In this document: one piece after another, positions 27,602 to 37,489 of the stretch | How the letters are laid out: each line of letters opens with the position of its first letter | Position numbering within the stretch: the stretch's first letter is position 1 | Assembly: GCA_964606485.1 (NCBI GenBank) | Contig: CAZSGP010000004.1 | Span: forward strand, 92,365 to 156,364 | Direction: 5' to 3' | Source: an uncultured Planctomycetia bacterium | GTDB lineage: Bacteria; Omnitrophota; Gorgyraeia; 2-02-FULL-51-18 | Length of the DNA stretch: 64,000 nucleotides | Notes under the pieces: generated by a model | What the model saw: the letters and a program-made list of their open reading frames with translations, nothing else | Database searches by the model: none | What the model was told of the DNA's origin: nothing | Made by a program: the position numbers and the translations under genes

Positions 27602-28326
27602 GATGACCGTTTCCGCATAGACCCAGCGACCCACGATCCCGCCACGCCAATTTCATATAACACGAGAAGCGGCACCGCTAAAAGAATTTGGCTTGCAATA
27701 TCGGGGCCGGGTGTCAGAACCGCCGCCGCAATAAAAATCGCAAAAATCGCATGCTTGCGGAATTTATTCAAGACTTTCGCGTTTAAAATACCTGCCGCCG
27801 ATAGGCCGATCAGAAACACCGGAAGATTAAATGCCACCCCGAAGGCGAGCAACATTCCGAATATAAAATCGAGGTATTCGGAAAACGAAATCATGGGCTT
27901 TAAAAGTTCGTTTTGGGCGCCGATTAAAAATTGAAGCGCCGGAGGCAATACAACGTTGAAACAAAAAATTGCTCCGCCCACAAAGAGCGCTGAAATCACA
28001 CAAAGAAATGGCGCTAAAATTTTTTGTTCGTGTGGAAGTAGCGCCGGCTTGATAAAAAGCCAGCCCTGCGCGGCGATCACGGGAGAAGCCAAAAGTGTCG
28101 CCAAAAGAAGAGCGGCTTTCATCTTGATCACCAAGCCTTCGGCGGGAGAAAAGAAGTAAAATTCGCTCATGAGTGGGCGCATGGGATTCGCCAGAAAAAT
28201 GAGAATTTGATCCGAAAAGATAAAGGCCGCAACAAAAGCGGCCACAAAGAATATCGCGCACACCCATAGCCTGCGGCGGAGTTCTTCTAAATGTTCAAAA
28301 AATGTGAGATTTGAGTCTGAATTCAT
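27598..28326 (-). CDS. tatC: Twin-arginine translocase subunit TatC
   Basis: FFEHLEELRRRL N-terminal motif and 6 TM segments. The ATG at 28326 is preferred over the GTG at 28335. Confidence 0.9.
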   Translation of the reverse strand: MNSDSNLTFFEHLEELRRRLWVCAIFFVAAFVAAFIFSDQILIFLANPMRPLMSEFYFFSPAEGLVIKMKAALLLATLLASPVIAAQGWLFIKPALLPHEQKILAPFLCVISALFVGGAIFCFNVVLPPALQFLIGAQNELLKPMISFSEYLDFIFGMLLAFGVAFNLPVFLIGLSAAGILNAKVLNKFRKHAIFAIFIAAAVLTPGPDIASQILLAVPLLVLYEIGVAGSWVAGSMRKRSS

Positions 28327-28365
28327 GATAAACACGCATTATAACACCTCTGGAGGGTAAGCGCG

Positions 28366-28395
28366 TTGACGAGCGCCTAGTCGATCTGATAGCAT
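28366..28395 (+). promoter_or_regulatory. Candidate sigma70-type promoter for the 28402 gene
   Basis: TTGACG (28366-28371), an 18-nt spacer, then TAGCAT (28390-28395), just upstream of the ATG at 28402. Confidence 0.25.
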
Positions 28396-28401
28396 CCCTC
28401 T

Positions 28402-29301
28402 ATGCCAAATAACCCCTCTTCCTTTAAACCGCTTTACCCGATTCTCATTCTTCCGGCCATCGCCATTGTGGTGGCTCTCTTTATGGTGCAAACGGGGAAT
28501 CTCAAAAAGGAAAATAAGTCTCTCGTTGAAAAAATGAAATCACTCGAAAAAAACGTGGCTGTTCAAAAGGAATTTTTAGACAAGGTTGAGGGCCAAAAAA
28601 TTAAAATTATCAATTCCATGCGCAAAGTTCAGTCTGAAAACCAAGCGCTCGCCAAAGAGCTCGAGACCTTAAAAAATACGATGACCTCGACGGCGGATGA
28701 GAAAACTTATTTGGAAGACATTTTGATTCATAAAACAAAAGAAATTGAGTCGCTGTCCCGACAAGTGCAAAGCCAATCGGGAGCGACAAGCCCTGTACCG
28801 TCGAGCTCCATCCAGGAACTCGAAGCCCAGCTCAAACAAAAAAACATAGATCTAGCGCGGCTGAGCGAACAAAATCAAATCCTGTCGAAGAAAATGGAAA
28901 AATTATACAAAATGGCCAACGATAAAATTTCAGAGATCAATGTCGCAAAAATTGCGCTCGAAGATACGATTGCCAAAGCGCGTACAGGCCTTGAAAATGA
29001 ATGGTCCTCGGTGGACTTAGGATCGATTCAAACCAGTCCTAAAGAAAATGCAGCCCCTGCGGCCGCGAAAAAAGAAGGCAAGGTTCTCGCCGTCAATGAC
29101 GAACATGGATTTGTAGTGGTGGACCTCGGGAAAAATGACGGCATTAAACCCGGTGCGGTATTCACCGTCTCTCAAGACGGCGCGAGTGTTGCCACGTTAA
29201 ATATTTTAGAAGTTCGCGATGTGATGAGCGCCTGTAATGTTCAAAATCTTAGCTCCGGCCACAAGATCCGGATTGGGGACCCCGTTAAGATTGGGGGATA
29301 G
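28402..29301 (+). CDS. Membrane-anchored coiled-coil protein, function unknown
   Basis: N-terminal TM, ~180 aa of heptad-rich sequence, then a C-terminal ~70-aa beta-rich domain. Confidence 0.5.
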   Translation: MPNNPSSFKPLYPILILPAIAIVVALFMVQTGNLKKENKSLVEKMKSLEKNVAVQKEFLDKVEGQKIKIINSMRKVQSENQALAKELETLKNTMTSTADEKTYLEDILIHKTKEIESLSRQVQSQSGATSPVPSSSIQELEAQLKQKNIDLARLSEQNQILSKKMEKLYKMANDKISEINVAKIALEDTIAKARTGLENEWSSVDLGSIQTSPKENAAPAAAKKEGKVLAVNDEHGFVVVDLGKNDGIKPGAVFTVSQDGASVATLNILEVRDVMSACNVQNLSSGHKIRIGDPVKIGG

Positions 29302-31219
29302 ACGCGTTTCTTTGTAGGAGCGAGAGCGACCGCACAATTTCGCCCTTCATTTTGTCCGTTGAAAGTCCGATAGAGTCGAGCAAGTTCTCCCGTTTTCCGT
29401 GTGTCATAAAGGCGTCCGGAATGCCTAGCGTTCGAACGGTTGGTAAATTTAGACCCGTGCGGCTTGAATAATTCTGGAAAATTTCGAGAACGCCGCTTCC
29501 GAAGCCGCCGAGAAGAGCGCCTTCTTCAACCGTGACCACCAATTTTTTGCCGCGTGCTAAATTTAAAATTGTTTCTTCATCGAGCGGTTTCACAAAACGG
29601 GTATTGACGACCGTCGCCGCAATCCCTTCTTTTTCGAGTGCCTGTGCGGCTTCGTAAGCCGGATACACCATGCTTCCGAGAGCTAGGATCAGCACATCGT
29701 CTCCACCTCTTAGAATTTCGGGCTTCCCCCACACCAAGCTCGCAGGTTTAATGTTTTTAAGCTCACATGCGCTTTCCTCGGCAACCGCCCCGCGTGGGTA
29801 ACGCACGGCAATGGGCCCAGTGAGATGTTTTACCGCAAACTCCAACATAGCTTTAAGTTCACGGCCATCCCGCGGCGCCATCAGCGTCATGCCTGGGACT
29901 TTGCGCAAATAACAAATATCGAACACGCCATGATGCGTGGGTCCGTCTTCTCCGACGAGACCTGCCCGGTCGAGACAGAAAATCACCGGAAGCTCCTGAA
30001 GCGCCACGTCGTGAATCACTTGATCGTGTGCGCGTTGTAAAAAGGTGGAGTAGATCGCAGTTAAAGGACGAACACCTGCTTTCACAAGCCCTGCCGCAAA
30101 TGCCACTGCGTGTTCTTCGGCGATTCCCACGTCAAAGAAGCGATCCGGGAATTTTTGAGAGAATTCCACAAGTCCCGTTCCATCGCTCATCGCTGCCGTG
30201 ATCGCTACTACTTTTGAATTTTTTGAAGCAATCTCGGTCGCCGTTTCCCCAAATACCTGCATGTAAGACTTGGACGAAGATTTTTTCTTCAGCTCCCCCG
30301 TCTCGACACAGAATGGAGTCGAGGCATGCCACTTGGCAGGATTGGACTCCGCAATCGAGTACCCTTTACCCTTTTTCGTGATCACGTGAAGCAGCATTGG
30401 GCCTTTTAATTTTGAAACGTTCTTTAAAATTTGAGTGAGCTGTTCTAAGTTATGTCCGTCGAGTGGTCCAAAATACCGGAATCCTAATTCTTCAAAGAGC
30501 AGGCCCGGAACGAGCAGATTTTTTAACCCTTCGTCAATGCGCTTGGCCGCCGCGGCTACCGTTTTTCCGACGCGCGGCATTTTCTTTAAAAACATTTCAA
30601 TGTCGTCACGGACATGGTTATAGAAAGGGTTGGTGATAATTTTATTGAGGTGGCGGCTGAGCGCCCCAACCGTCGGAGAAATGCTCATTTCATTGTCATT
30701 TAAAATAACAATGAGATCGTCCTTCAAATGCCCGGCGTGATTCATGGCTTCGAATGCCATGCCGCTCACGAGTGACGCGTCACCGATCACGGCCACTACT
30801 TTTCGTTTGTCTTGAGCGAGAATCCGGTTGCCGGTGGCAATGCCGAGAGATGTGGAAATGGAAGTCGCCGCATGCCCCGTCGTGAAAGGATCGTGCTCGC
30901 TTTCGTCTTTATTCGAAAAACCGCTGAGTCCCCCTTCGAGGCGAAATGTTTTAAACGCGTCACGGCGGCCGGTTAAAATTTTATGCGCATGCACCTGGTG
31001 ACCCACGTCCCAGACAATCGTGTCTTTCGGGGTTTCGAAAACTGTGTGAAGCGCTAGCGTCAGATCGACCGAGCCGAGTGCAGCTCCTAGATGCCCGCCG
31101 TTTACCGAAACCACTTCCAAAATATACTCGCGCACTTCCTGAGCCAGCTGCAGAAGCTGAGAGTGGTCTAGTTTTTTGACGTCTGCCGGACTGTTAATTT
31201 TTTGAAGCAGGGGTCCCAT
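29285..31219 (-). CDS. dxs: 1-deoxy-D-xylulose-5-phosphate synthase
   Basis: 644 aa with a TPP-binding region GDASLVSGMAFEAMNHAG and transketolase-like domains. Conserved xseB-ispA-dxs context. Confidence 0.95.
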   Translation of the reverse strand: MGPLLQKINSPADVKKLDHSQLLQLAQEVREYILEVVSVNGGHLGAALGSVDLTLALHTVFETPKDTIVWDVGHQVHAHKILTGRRDAFKTFRLEGGLSGFSNKDESEHDPFTTGHAATSISTSLGIATGNRILAQDKRKVVAVIGDASLVSGMAFEAMNHAGHLKDDLIVILNDNEMSISPTVGALSRHLNKIITNPFYNHVRDDIEMFLKKMPRVGKTVAAAAKRIDEGLKNLLVPGLLFEELGFRYFGPLDGHNLEQLTQILKNVSKLKGPMLLHVITKKGKGYSIAESNPAKWHASTPFCVETGELKKKSSSKSYMQVFGETATEIASKNSKVVAITAAMSDGTGLVEFSQKFPDRFFDVGIAEEHAVAFAAGLVKAGVRPLTAIYSTFLQRAHDQVIHDVALQELPVIFCLDRAGLVGEDGPTHHGVFDICYLRKVPGMTLMAPRDGRELKAMLEFAVKHLTGPIAVRYPRGAVAEESACELKNIKPASLVWGKPEILRGGDDVLILALGSMVYPAYEAAQALEKEGIAATVVNTRFVKPLDEETILNLARGKKLVVTVEEGALLGGFGSGVLEIFQNYSSRTGLNLPTVRTLGIPDAFMTHGKRENLLDSIGLSTDKMKGEIVRSLSLLQRNASIPQS

Positions 31220-32055
31220 TAATTTTTTCTCTCGTAAACGGCGTCCGCAATTTCTAAAAGCCGATTGGCTTTGGATCCAAAAATTTTCAAGTGCTTTTTG
31301 GCATTCTTTAAATGCACTTGGGCATTTTCCCGGGTCTCGGAAGTGCCCACTATCTTAGCATACCCATCCCCGTCCAAGAGATCGTCAATGATCTGGAACA
31401 AAAGCCCTAAACTTTTACCGTATTGGAACAACGCTTCAATTTTTTGAGGACTGGCGCCCGCCAAATGCGCTCCCACGCGCGTCGATGCGGCAATTAAAGC
31501 ACCGGTTTTGTGGGTATGAATGTAATCGAGTGTTGGAAGGTCCGCCTCTTTGCCTTGGAACTCCAAATCAATCGCTTGCCCGCCGACCATTCCTGAAATT
31601 CCGGCGGAATAAGCAATAATTCCGCTCGCCTCTAGACAACGCTTGGCGTCCGTCGCCGAGTTCTTTGAAGCGTTCATGGCCAAAATTTGAAACGCGAGCG
31701 TCAAAAGCGCATCCCCCGCTAAAAGAGCCGTGGCTTCGCCGAATTTTTTGTGACAGCTAGGTTTTCCGCGGCGCTCGTCATCATTGTCCATGCAGGGCAA
31801 GTCATCGTGCACGAGCGAATAACTGTGAATGAGTTCGATCGCACAGGCGGCGCTCATCGCTTTTTTAGGATCTCCACCGGCCGCTTCGCAGGAAGCCAGT
31901 ACTAAAATGGGGCGAATGCGCTTTCCGCCGCCGAGCACGCTGTAACGCAAGGCTTCGCTGAGCGCTTTCGAGTGACCGCTCGCCTTTGGCAAACAATCCG
32001 CCAGCGCTTTTTCAATTTTCGTCGATTGTGTTTTTAAATACGAATTTAGATTCAA
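31219..32055 (-). CDS. ispA: Farnesyl diphosphate synthase / geranyltranstransferase (TTG start)
   Basis: First aspartate-rich motif LVHDDLPCMDNDDERRG and second motif IIDDLLD. Confidence 0.9.
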   Translation of the reverse strand: MNLNSYLKTQSTKIEKALADCLPKASGHSKALSEALRYSVLGGGKRIRPILVLASCEAAGGDPKKAMSAACAIELIHSYSLVHDDLPCMDNDDERRGKPSCHKKFGEATALLAGDALLTLAFQILAMNASKNSATDAKRCLEASGIIAYSAGISGMVGGQAIDLEFQGKEADLPTLDYIHTHKTGALIAASTRVGAHLAGASPQKIEALFQYGKSLGLLFQIIDDLLDGDGYAKIVGTSETRENAQVHLKNAKKHLKIFGSKANRLLEIADAVYERKN

Positions 32056-32310
32056 TTATTTTTTCTTCTTTTCCGGCTTTTCTTCAAACGCTTCCGCTTT
32101 AAACTTCCCGCCAGCTGTCTTCATGAGCACCTCCACGCGGCGCTCAGCTTCGGTGAGCTTCTTTGTGCAAATGTCGGCCAGCTTCACGCCTTCCTCGTAC
32201 TGCTTCAAAGCGTCTTCGAGCGGCATTTCGCCGTTCTCAAGCTTTTCGACAATGCCTTCTAACTTTTTCAGCGCCGCTTCAAACGGCATTTCTTTCGGGT
32301 CTTGTGCCAT
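32056..32310 (-). CDS. xseB: Exodeoxyribonuclease VII small subunit
   Basis: MAQDPKEMPFEAALKKLEGIVEKLENGEMPLEDAL is typical XseB. The start is trimmed to the ATG at 32310, because the longer ORF would read through the repeat. Confidence 0.85.
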   Translation of the reverse strand: MAQDPKEMPFEAALKKLEGIVEKLENGEMPLEDALKQYEEGVKLADICTKKLTEAERRVEVLMKTAGGKFKAEAFEEKPEKKKK

Positions 32311-32320
32311 ATTATCCTCC

Positions 32321-32412
32321 GGACCAAAGTGGGTCCTGTCGGCGGTTGTCCGTTCGAAAGCCACCTTCGGTGTTTTCGAGACGGACGCCTACCGCCGCCA
32401 CCCACTTTGTTA
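32321..32412. repeat. Family-A palindromic element, copy 3
   Basis: CAAAGTGGGTCCTGTCGGCGGTTGTCCGTTCG...GAGACGGACGCCTACCGCCGCCACCCACTTTG, with outer arms extended by AAAGTGGGT/ACCCACTTT. It fills the xseA-xseB gap. Confidence 0.6.
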
Positions 32413-32417
32413 GTGTT

Positions 32418-33632
32418 TTAATCCAATATTTCTTTTACGACTCCAAAGATTGAGCCCTTGCTCAGCCTTGTTTGAAAAATTTGTCCCGCTTTAAGAGCGC
32501 TTGCGTCTTTAATAATCTTACCGTCTGCGCTCGTCGTCATGCTAAATCCTCGTTTGAGAATTGCGAGTGGGCCGAGCGCTTCGAGTTGATGGATTAAGCC
32601 TGAAATTTTTTCTTTTTCAATTCCGATTTGGCCTTGCCACAAATGCAAAAGGTTTTTGCGGAGTTCTTCGAGTTTCTGCCCTTGAATTTCAAAAAAAGAT
32701 AACGGGTTTTTCAACGCGCGCGAATCCACAAGATGATCCAGTTCCTGACGCAGATTTTTGAGCTGAGCACTCAGCGCAACCGTAGCACGGGTTTTGAAAT
32801 CACCGATTGTCGCGAGTAGATCCTCTTTCGGAGGAAGCACGATTTCTGCTGCCGCCGAAGGCGTCGCTGCACGTAAATCCGCGACAAAATCCGCAATCGT
32901 AAAATCAACTTCATGTCCCACCGCGGAAATTATGGGAATCGTGGAATTAAAAATTGCACGTGCGACTATTTCTTCGTTAAACGCCCACAGATCCTCAAGG
33001 CTGCCTCCACCGCGGCCGACAATGATGACGTCGGCGGCACTCCAACGGTTTAAGTCTTCAATCGCTTCGGCAATCGACTCTGCCGCTCCTTTGCCTTGAA
33101 CTTGAACCGGAAGAATTTGCACATGCGCTCCGGCGTGCCGGCGTTCGATCACGTGCAAAATATCCCGAAGAGCCGCGCCGTCAATTGAAGTTACAACGGC
33201 AATGGTCTCGGGTAAAAATGGAATGGGCTTTTTATGCGCTTCGTCGAACAACCCTTCTTCGGCCAATTTTTTCTTGAGCTGCTCAAACTGAAGTTGGAGG
33301 GCTCCCACTCCCTGTGGCTCCGCCCGCTCGACGTACAACTGATACTGGCCCCTCAAGGGATAAACACTGACGCGTCCAAAGCAGAGCACTTTCATGCCTT
33401 CTTCCATACGGAAACTGAGTTTGGCGTTTTCGCCGCGAAACATCACGCACTGAATTTGGGAGAATTCATCTTTTAGAGAAAAATAATAATGCCCGGAACT
33501 ATGGGATTTGAAATTGGAAATTTCGCCTTCGATCCAAATACCCGAAAATTGTTGCTCGAGCGTGAATCGAATATTCCGCGTTAGATCGGATACGGAGAAA
33601 ACTTGGCGGTCGGCTTCTACGATGTTTTTCAT
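32418..33632 (-). CDS. xseA: Exodeoxyribonuclease VII large subunit
   Basis: OB-fold N-terminus and a long catalytic/coiled-coil region. The start is trimmed to the ATG at 33632 (MKNIVEADRQ). Confidence 0.9.
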   Translation of the reverse strand: MKNIVEADRQVFSVSDLTRNIRFTLEQQFSGIWIEGEISNFKSHSSGHYYFSLKDEFSQIQCVMFRGENAKLSFRMEEGMKVLCFGRVSVYPLRGQYQLYVERAEPQGVGALQLQFEQLKKKLAEEGLFDEAHKKPIPFLPETIAVVTSIDGAALRDILHVIERRHAGAHVQILPVQVQGKGAAESIAEAIEDLNRWSAADVIIVGRGGGSLEDLWAFNEEIVARAIFNSTIPIISAVGHEVDFTIADFVADLRAATPSAAAEIVLPPKEDLLATIGDFKTRATVALSAQLKNLRQELDHLVDSRALKNPLSFFEIQGQKLEELRKNLLHLWQGQIGIEKEKISGLIHQLEALGPLAILKRGFSMTTSADGKIIKDASALKAGQIFQTRLSKGSIFGVVKEILD

Positions 33633-33642
33633 ATTGTCGCTT

Positions 33643-33723
33643 TGCCAGCGGGTCCTGGCCTTCGGCGGGCGATTTCGCGTGCAGTTGCGCGCGAAATCAT
33701 CCCGCGCTCGGCCACCCACTGGC
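33643..33723. repeat. Variant palindromic element sharing family-A termini (GGGTCCTG...CACCCACTGG)
   Basis: CCAGCGGGTCCTGGCC ... GGCCACCCACTGG flank an internal palindrome CGATTTCGCG..CGCGAAATC, upstream of xseA. Confidence 0.4.
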
Positions 33724-33730
33724 TAATATT

Positions 33731-34522
33731 TTAATTTAATAGTTTCCGTTGTACTCTTTCAATCGCGGTCGCCCTACCGGTAATGTGATCGACGGTAATG
33801 ATCGCGCCGCACAGCTTCACGTCTCCGGTCGCCGGCTTTTTCCGCGTCGGTGTTTGAGTGAGAAATCGTTTCAAAATTTCATCTTTTTGGGCGCCGATGA
33901 TTGAGTCATACGGGCCTGTCATTCCAAGATCAGTCAAATAAGCTGTTCCGGCATCCGTCACTTTTTCATCAGCCGTTTGCACATGCGTGTGAGTCCCAAC
34001 CACAGCAGCCACGCGCCCGTCCACATACCAACCCATTCCCATTTTTTCGCTGGTGGCTTCGCAGTGCATGTCGACAATGATGATCTGCGCATCTTTTTTT
34101 TTCACATTTAAAATTTCTTCATCCACCGATAAAAAGGGAGAATTAAAGTGATAGCGCATAAACGCTTGGCCTGCGATGTGAATGACACCGATTTTAATGC
34201 CTTTGCACTCTACGACCGTCGAGCCGTAACCGGGATTGCCCTTAGGGAAATTTGCCGGGCGAACTAAGCGAGCGTCCGTTTGAAGCATGTTTTCAATATC
34301 TTTTTTTCGGTCCCAGACGTGATCCCCGCAGGTGAGCACGTCACAACCGGTTTTGAATAAATCTTTGGCGATGCTTTCCGTAATACCCGAGCCATCACTC
34401 GCATTTTCGGCATTGCAGATGACGAAATCCACTTCTCCCTTAGCTTTCATTTCAGGGATAAAGCGTTCAATGGCTTTACGGCCGGGGTCGCCGTAGGTAT
34501 CACCGATGCAAAGAATTTTCAT
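33731..34522 (-). CDS. ymdB: YmdB-type metallophosphoesterase (2',3'-cyclic-nucleotide phosphodiesterase family)
   Basis: MKILCIGDTYGDPGR, GDHVWD, NAEN and GTHTHVQTAD blocks collinear with Bacillus YmdB; it lies immediately downstream of rny as in Firmicutes. Confidence 0.8.
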   Translation of the reverse strand: MKILCIGDTYGDPGRKAIERFIPEMKAKGEVDFVICNAENASDGSGITESIAKDLFKTGCDVLTCGDHVWDRKKDIENMLQTDARLVRPANFPKGNPGYGSTVVECKGIKIGVIHIAGQAFMRYHFNSPFLSVDEEILNVKKKDAQIIIVDMHCEATSEKMGMGWYVDGRVAAVVGTHTHVQTADEKVTDAGTAYLTDLGMTGPYDSIIGAQKDEILKRFLTQTPTRKKPATGDVKLCGAIITVDHITGRATAIERVQRKLLN

Positions 34523-36090
34523 TTGGCGATATCTTCGATACGCGTTTCGCGAATTAGGATGACTTTGATCTGACCCGGATACGTTAGATTGTCTTCAATT
34601 TTTTTAGTGATTTCACGCGCCAGAGCCGGCAAGGATTCCTCCGACACGCGCTCCGGTTTCACCACCACACGGATTTCGTGGCCGCCTTGAATAGCGTAAG
34701 CCTTTTCAACGCCTGGAATTTCATCCGCCACTTTTTCGAGGGCATTTAAGCGTTTCAAATAGTTATCTAAGCTTTCACGGCGTGCTCCGGGACGCGCGGC
34801 ACTCACCGCATCAGCGGCTTGTGTGAGCATCGGCCACATCGACTGCATGGGAATATCTTCATGATGAGCTTCAATCGCATGCACGACATCCGGATGTTCT
34901 CCAAAACGCCGCGCTAGCTCTCCGCCAATCAGCGCATGCGGCCCTTCGATGTCATGCGAAACCGCTTTTCCTAAATCATGAAAAAGCCCGGCACGGCGCG
35001 CGAGCACCGGATCAATTCCCATTTCCCCAGCAATCGCGTTCATGATCCACGCGACTTCAATCGAATGATCCAACACATTTTGTCCGTAGCTTGAACGAAA
35101 TTTCATTCGTCCTAAAAGTTTTACGATTTCTGGATGAACATTTTGTAATTTTGTTTCTGCGAGTGCTCGCTCGCCTTCTTGTTTTAAAACTTCTTCCATA
35201 TTGCGCTTGGCTTTTTGAACCACGTCTTCGATGCGGGCCGGCTGAATGCGCCCATCGGTGACGAGTTCATCCATCGCCATGCGCGCAATTTCCCGCCTAA
35301 ACGCATCAAAAGACGAAAGCGTGACAACCTGAGGCGTTTCGTCGATGACGAGATCCACTCCGGTCAGCGTTTCAAACGTACGGATATTTTTTCCGTCTTT
35401 TCCGATAATGCGGCCCTTCATTTCTTCTGAGGGTAAATGCACGACGGTAACCGTGTTTTCGATGGTGTGCGCCGCTGCGAGCCGCTGCATCGCAAGACTT
35501 AAGATTTTTTTTGCTTTTTCATCCGCAATGGATTTAGATTCCGACTCTACCGACTTTAAAAGCTTTCCGGCTTCTGCGCGAGCATCTAGCTCCAAACGTC
35601 TTAAGAATTGGGTTTTTGCTTCATCGGCGTTGAGTCCTGAGATTTTTTGAAGCACTATTTTTTCTTCAGCGATCATTCTCTGAAGCGCTTTTTCCTGCTC
35701 TAAAATGTCTTTTTCTTTTAAGGCCGCTTCCTGAAGTTTGAACGCGGTTTCTTTTTCACGTTTTTCAACCAAGTCTAATTTCTGATCGATCGTTTTTTCT
35801 TTTTGTCCAAGCGACTTCTCAGAACCCTCCAGTTCGCGACGGCGGTCTCCGATTTTATCTTCGAAATCTTTTTGAACCTTCGCAAGATAGGACTTGGCTT
35901 CTTTTTCCGAGTGACGCTCGAGTTCTTCGGCTTCGCGTTTGGCAATCGTCAAAATTTCCCGCGCTTTGGATTCCGCCGTCCGGATCAAACGCTCGGCAAC
36001 GATTTTTCTCCAAAAGTACCCACCGAAAAAAAACCCGGCGCCCAGAACCAGTGCTCCGACTAAAAATGCAAGTGCTTCACCAAAATTCAT
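34519..36090 (-). CDS. rny: Ribonuclease Y
   Basis: N-terminal TM, a coiled coil, a KH domain (IGKDGKNIRTFETLTGVDLVIDETP) and an HD domain (HSIEVAWIMNAIA...FHDLGK). Confidence 0.9.
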   Translation of the reverse strand: MNFGEALAFLVGALVLGAGFFFGGYFWRKIVAERLIRTAESKAREILTIAKREAEELERHSEKEAKSYLAKVQKDFEDKIGDRRRELEGSEKSLGQKEKTIDQKLDLVEKREKETAFKLQEAALKEKDILEQEKALQRMIAEEKIVLQKISGLNADEAKTQFLRRLELDARAEAGKLLKSVESESKSIADEKAKKILSLAMQRLAAAHTIENTVTVVHLPSEEMKGRIIGKDGKNIRTFETLTGVDLVIDETPQVVTLSSFDAFRREIARMAMDELVTDGRIQPARIEDVVQKAKRNMEEVLKQEGERALAETKLQNVHPEIVKLLGRMKFRSSYGQNVLDHSIEVAWIMNAIAGEMGIDPVLARRAGLFHDLGKAVSHDIEGPHALIGGELARRFGEHPDVVHAIEAHHEDIPMQSMWPMLTQAADAVSAARPGARRESLDNYLKRLNALEKVADEIPGVEKAYAIQGGHEIRVVVKPERVSEESLPALAREITKKIEDNLTYPGQIKVILIRETRIEDIAK

Positions 36091-36647
36091 ATTTTGTCCG
36101 TTAAAATGTAGTCCAACCGAATATCATGTTTTTCGACCGGAACCTTCGGCACCATTTGCTCCGAAAACGCCAGGCCGACCTTTTTAATTTTTTTCCCAAT
36201 TTTCTTTAAAAACCGGTCATAAAACCCGGCGCCGCGGCCGAGCCTGTTACACTCGGCGTCAAACGCTACACCCGGCACCACGATTAAATCGATGTCTTTA
36301 ACATCCAGCAACTGTGTGCGCATGGGATCGGGTTCTAAAATTCCAAGCGAGCCCTTTTTTAAATCTTTCTTTAAATCGCTTATTTCGTAAAACCGCAACG
36401 CCCGTTTGCTCAAATCCGAAATAGGAACCGCCACACGCTTGCCTAAACCGAGGGCTTTTTGAATAAGTCCTCGCGTATCCACTTCCATGGGAAGCGAAAC
36501 ATAAAAGCAGACAGAGCGCGCTGTTTGGAACTCCGGAAGCGCTAAAAGCTTCCGATGAATCAGGAGGCTTTTCTGGCGTTTTAGCCGAGGGCTTTGGGAT
36601 TCTAATCTAGCGAGTACCGCCCGCCGTAGCGTAACCTTAGTGGGCAT
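36087..36647 (-). CDS. 5-formyltetrahydrofolate cyclo-ligase
   Basis: 186 aa with the C-terminal GRGAGFYDR motif. Confidence 0.8.
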   Translation of the reverse strand: MPTKVTLRRAVLARLESQSPRLKRQKSLLIHRKLLALPEFQTARSVCFYVSLPMEVDTRGLIQKALGLGKRVAVPISDLSKRALRFYEISDLKKDLKKGSLGILEPDPMRTQLLDVKDIDLIVVPGVAFDAECNRLGRGAGFYDRFLKKIGKKIKKVGLAFSEQMVPKVPVEKHDIRLDYILTDKI

Positions 36648-36671
36648 GGGAGGGAAATTATATCACAATTT

Positions 36672-37124
36672 CTAGATATGAAAGGTGATGTTTTGACTAC
36701 CTTTTGATTTGATTAACTTTCGTGTCTCATGGATCAAATCATGAAGCGTAGTGGACTGTAGACCCTCGTCCAATGAGGCTTTGAATCGCTTCCAGAATAA
36801 AAGCTCAGCCACTTGCGCCTCGCTGGGAGTATCGGTGGCTAGTGTGGGGCTAATTCCAGCAAAAGCTTTGGGAGTCAGCGTATAAAAAAGGGTTTCAAGA
36901 CTGATTTCGGACGGCTTTTTGGCAAGTACATAACCGCCTTGCGGACCGCGCAGGGTTTTAACCAGCCCCTTCTTCTTAAGCACATGCAGAATTTGCTCAA
37001 GGTAAGCCGGCGAAATATTTTCCTTTTTTGCAATTTGAGAAGCGGAAACCGAGCCCTCCGCGTAACGCCCGGCTAAAAAAAGAACGGCCTTTAAACCGTA
37101 AGTGGTGCGAGTTGAAAATTTCAC
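36672..37124 (-). CDS. Rrf2-family transcriptional regulator, cysteine-free (CymR-like rather than Fe-S IscR/NsrR-like)
   Basis: wHTH N-terminus MKFSTRTTYGLKAVLFLA...SQIAKKENISPAYLEQIL. There are no Cys residues anywhere in the 150 aa. Confidence 0.8.
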   Translation of the reverse strand: MKFSTRTTYGLKAVLFLAGRYAEGSVSASQIAKKENISPAYLEQILHVLKKKGLVKTLRGPQGGYVLAKKPSEISLETLFYTLTPKAFAGISPTLATDTPSEAQVAELLFWKRFKASLDEGLQSTTLHDLIHETRKLIKSKGSQNITFHI

Positions 37125-37312
37125 CGAGTCGATCGAATTTTAACGATGTTGATTTCTGTGCTAATCGACTCGAGCTTCTCGAGAATTTTTTCTTGGCTTG
37201 ATTCAATTTTATCAAGCCTTGAAAGAATGGCGGTGTTGTCCGCACTTTCCTCGGCGAACGTAAATGAAGCAAGCGACATTAAAGTGAGTGTTAAAAAAAT
37301 TGTTTTTTTCAT
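37121..37312 (-). CDS. Small secreted protein (63 aa)
   Basis: MKKTIFLTLTLMSLASFTFA signal peptide followed by an amphipathic helix. This is gene-caller-level evidence only. Confidence 0.35.
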   Translation of the reverse strand: MKKTIFLTLTLMSLASFTFAEESADNTAILSRLDKIESSQEKILEKLESISTEINIVKIRSTR

Positions 37313-37489
37313 TTTCGGGGTCTCCTTGTGAGAATTAAAATTCCGTAAAGAATAAAAATACTGGCCAGTGCCCATGCCAAACCAAATTTTTCAAATGGAT
37401 AGGGGATTTTTCGGATTCTAAAATACCGGTCCGTCAACCGGTACACGCCCAAAAAAAGACCGGCCGGTAAAAGACCGTACAGAAAAAAA

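Noticed and set aside
32310-32364. N-terminal extensions proposed by the ORF track (xseB, also xseA to 33719, kdpE to 59891 and the 53646 start)
   Set aside because: The extensions read through palindromic repeats or upstream genes, begin with non-ATG codons, and lack homology. Starts were trimmed to the ATGs that match protein-family N-termini.
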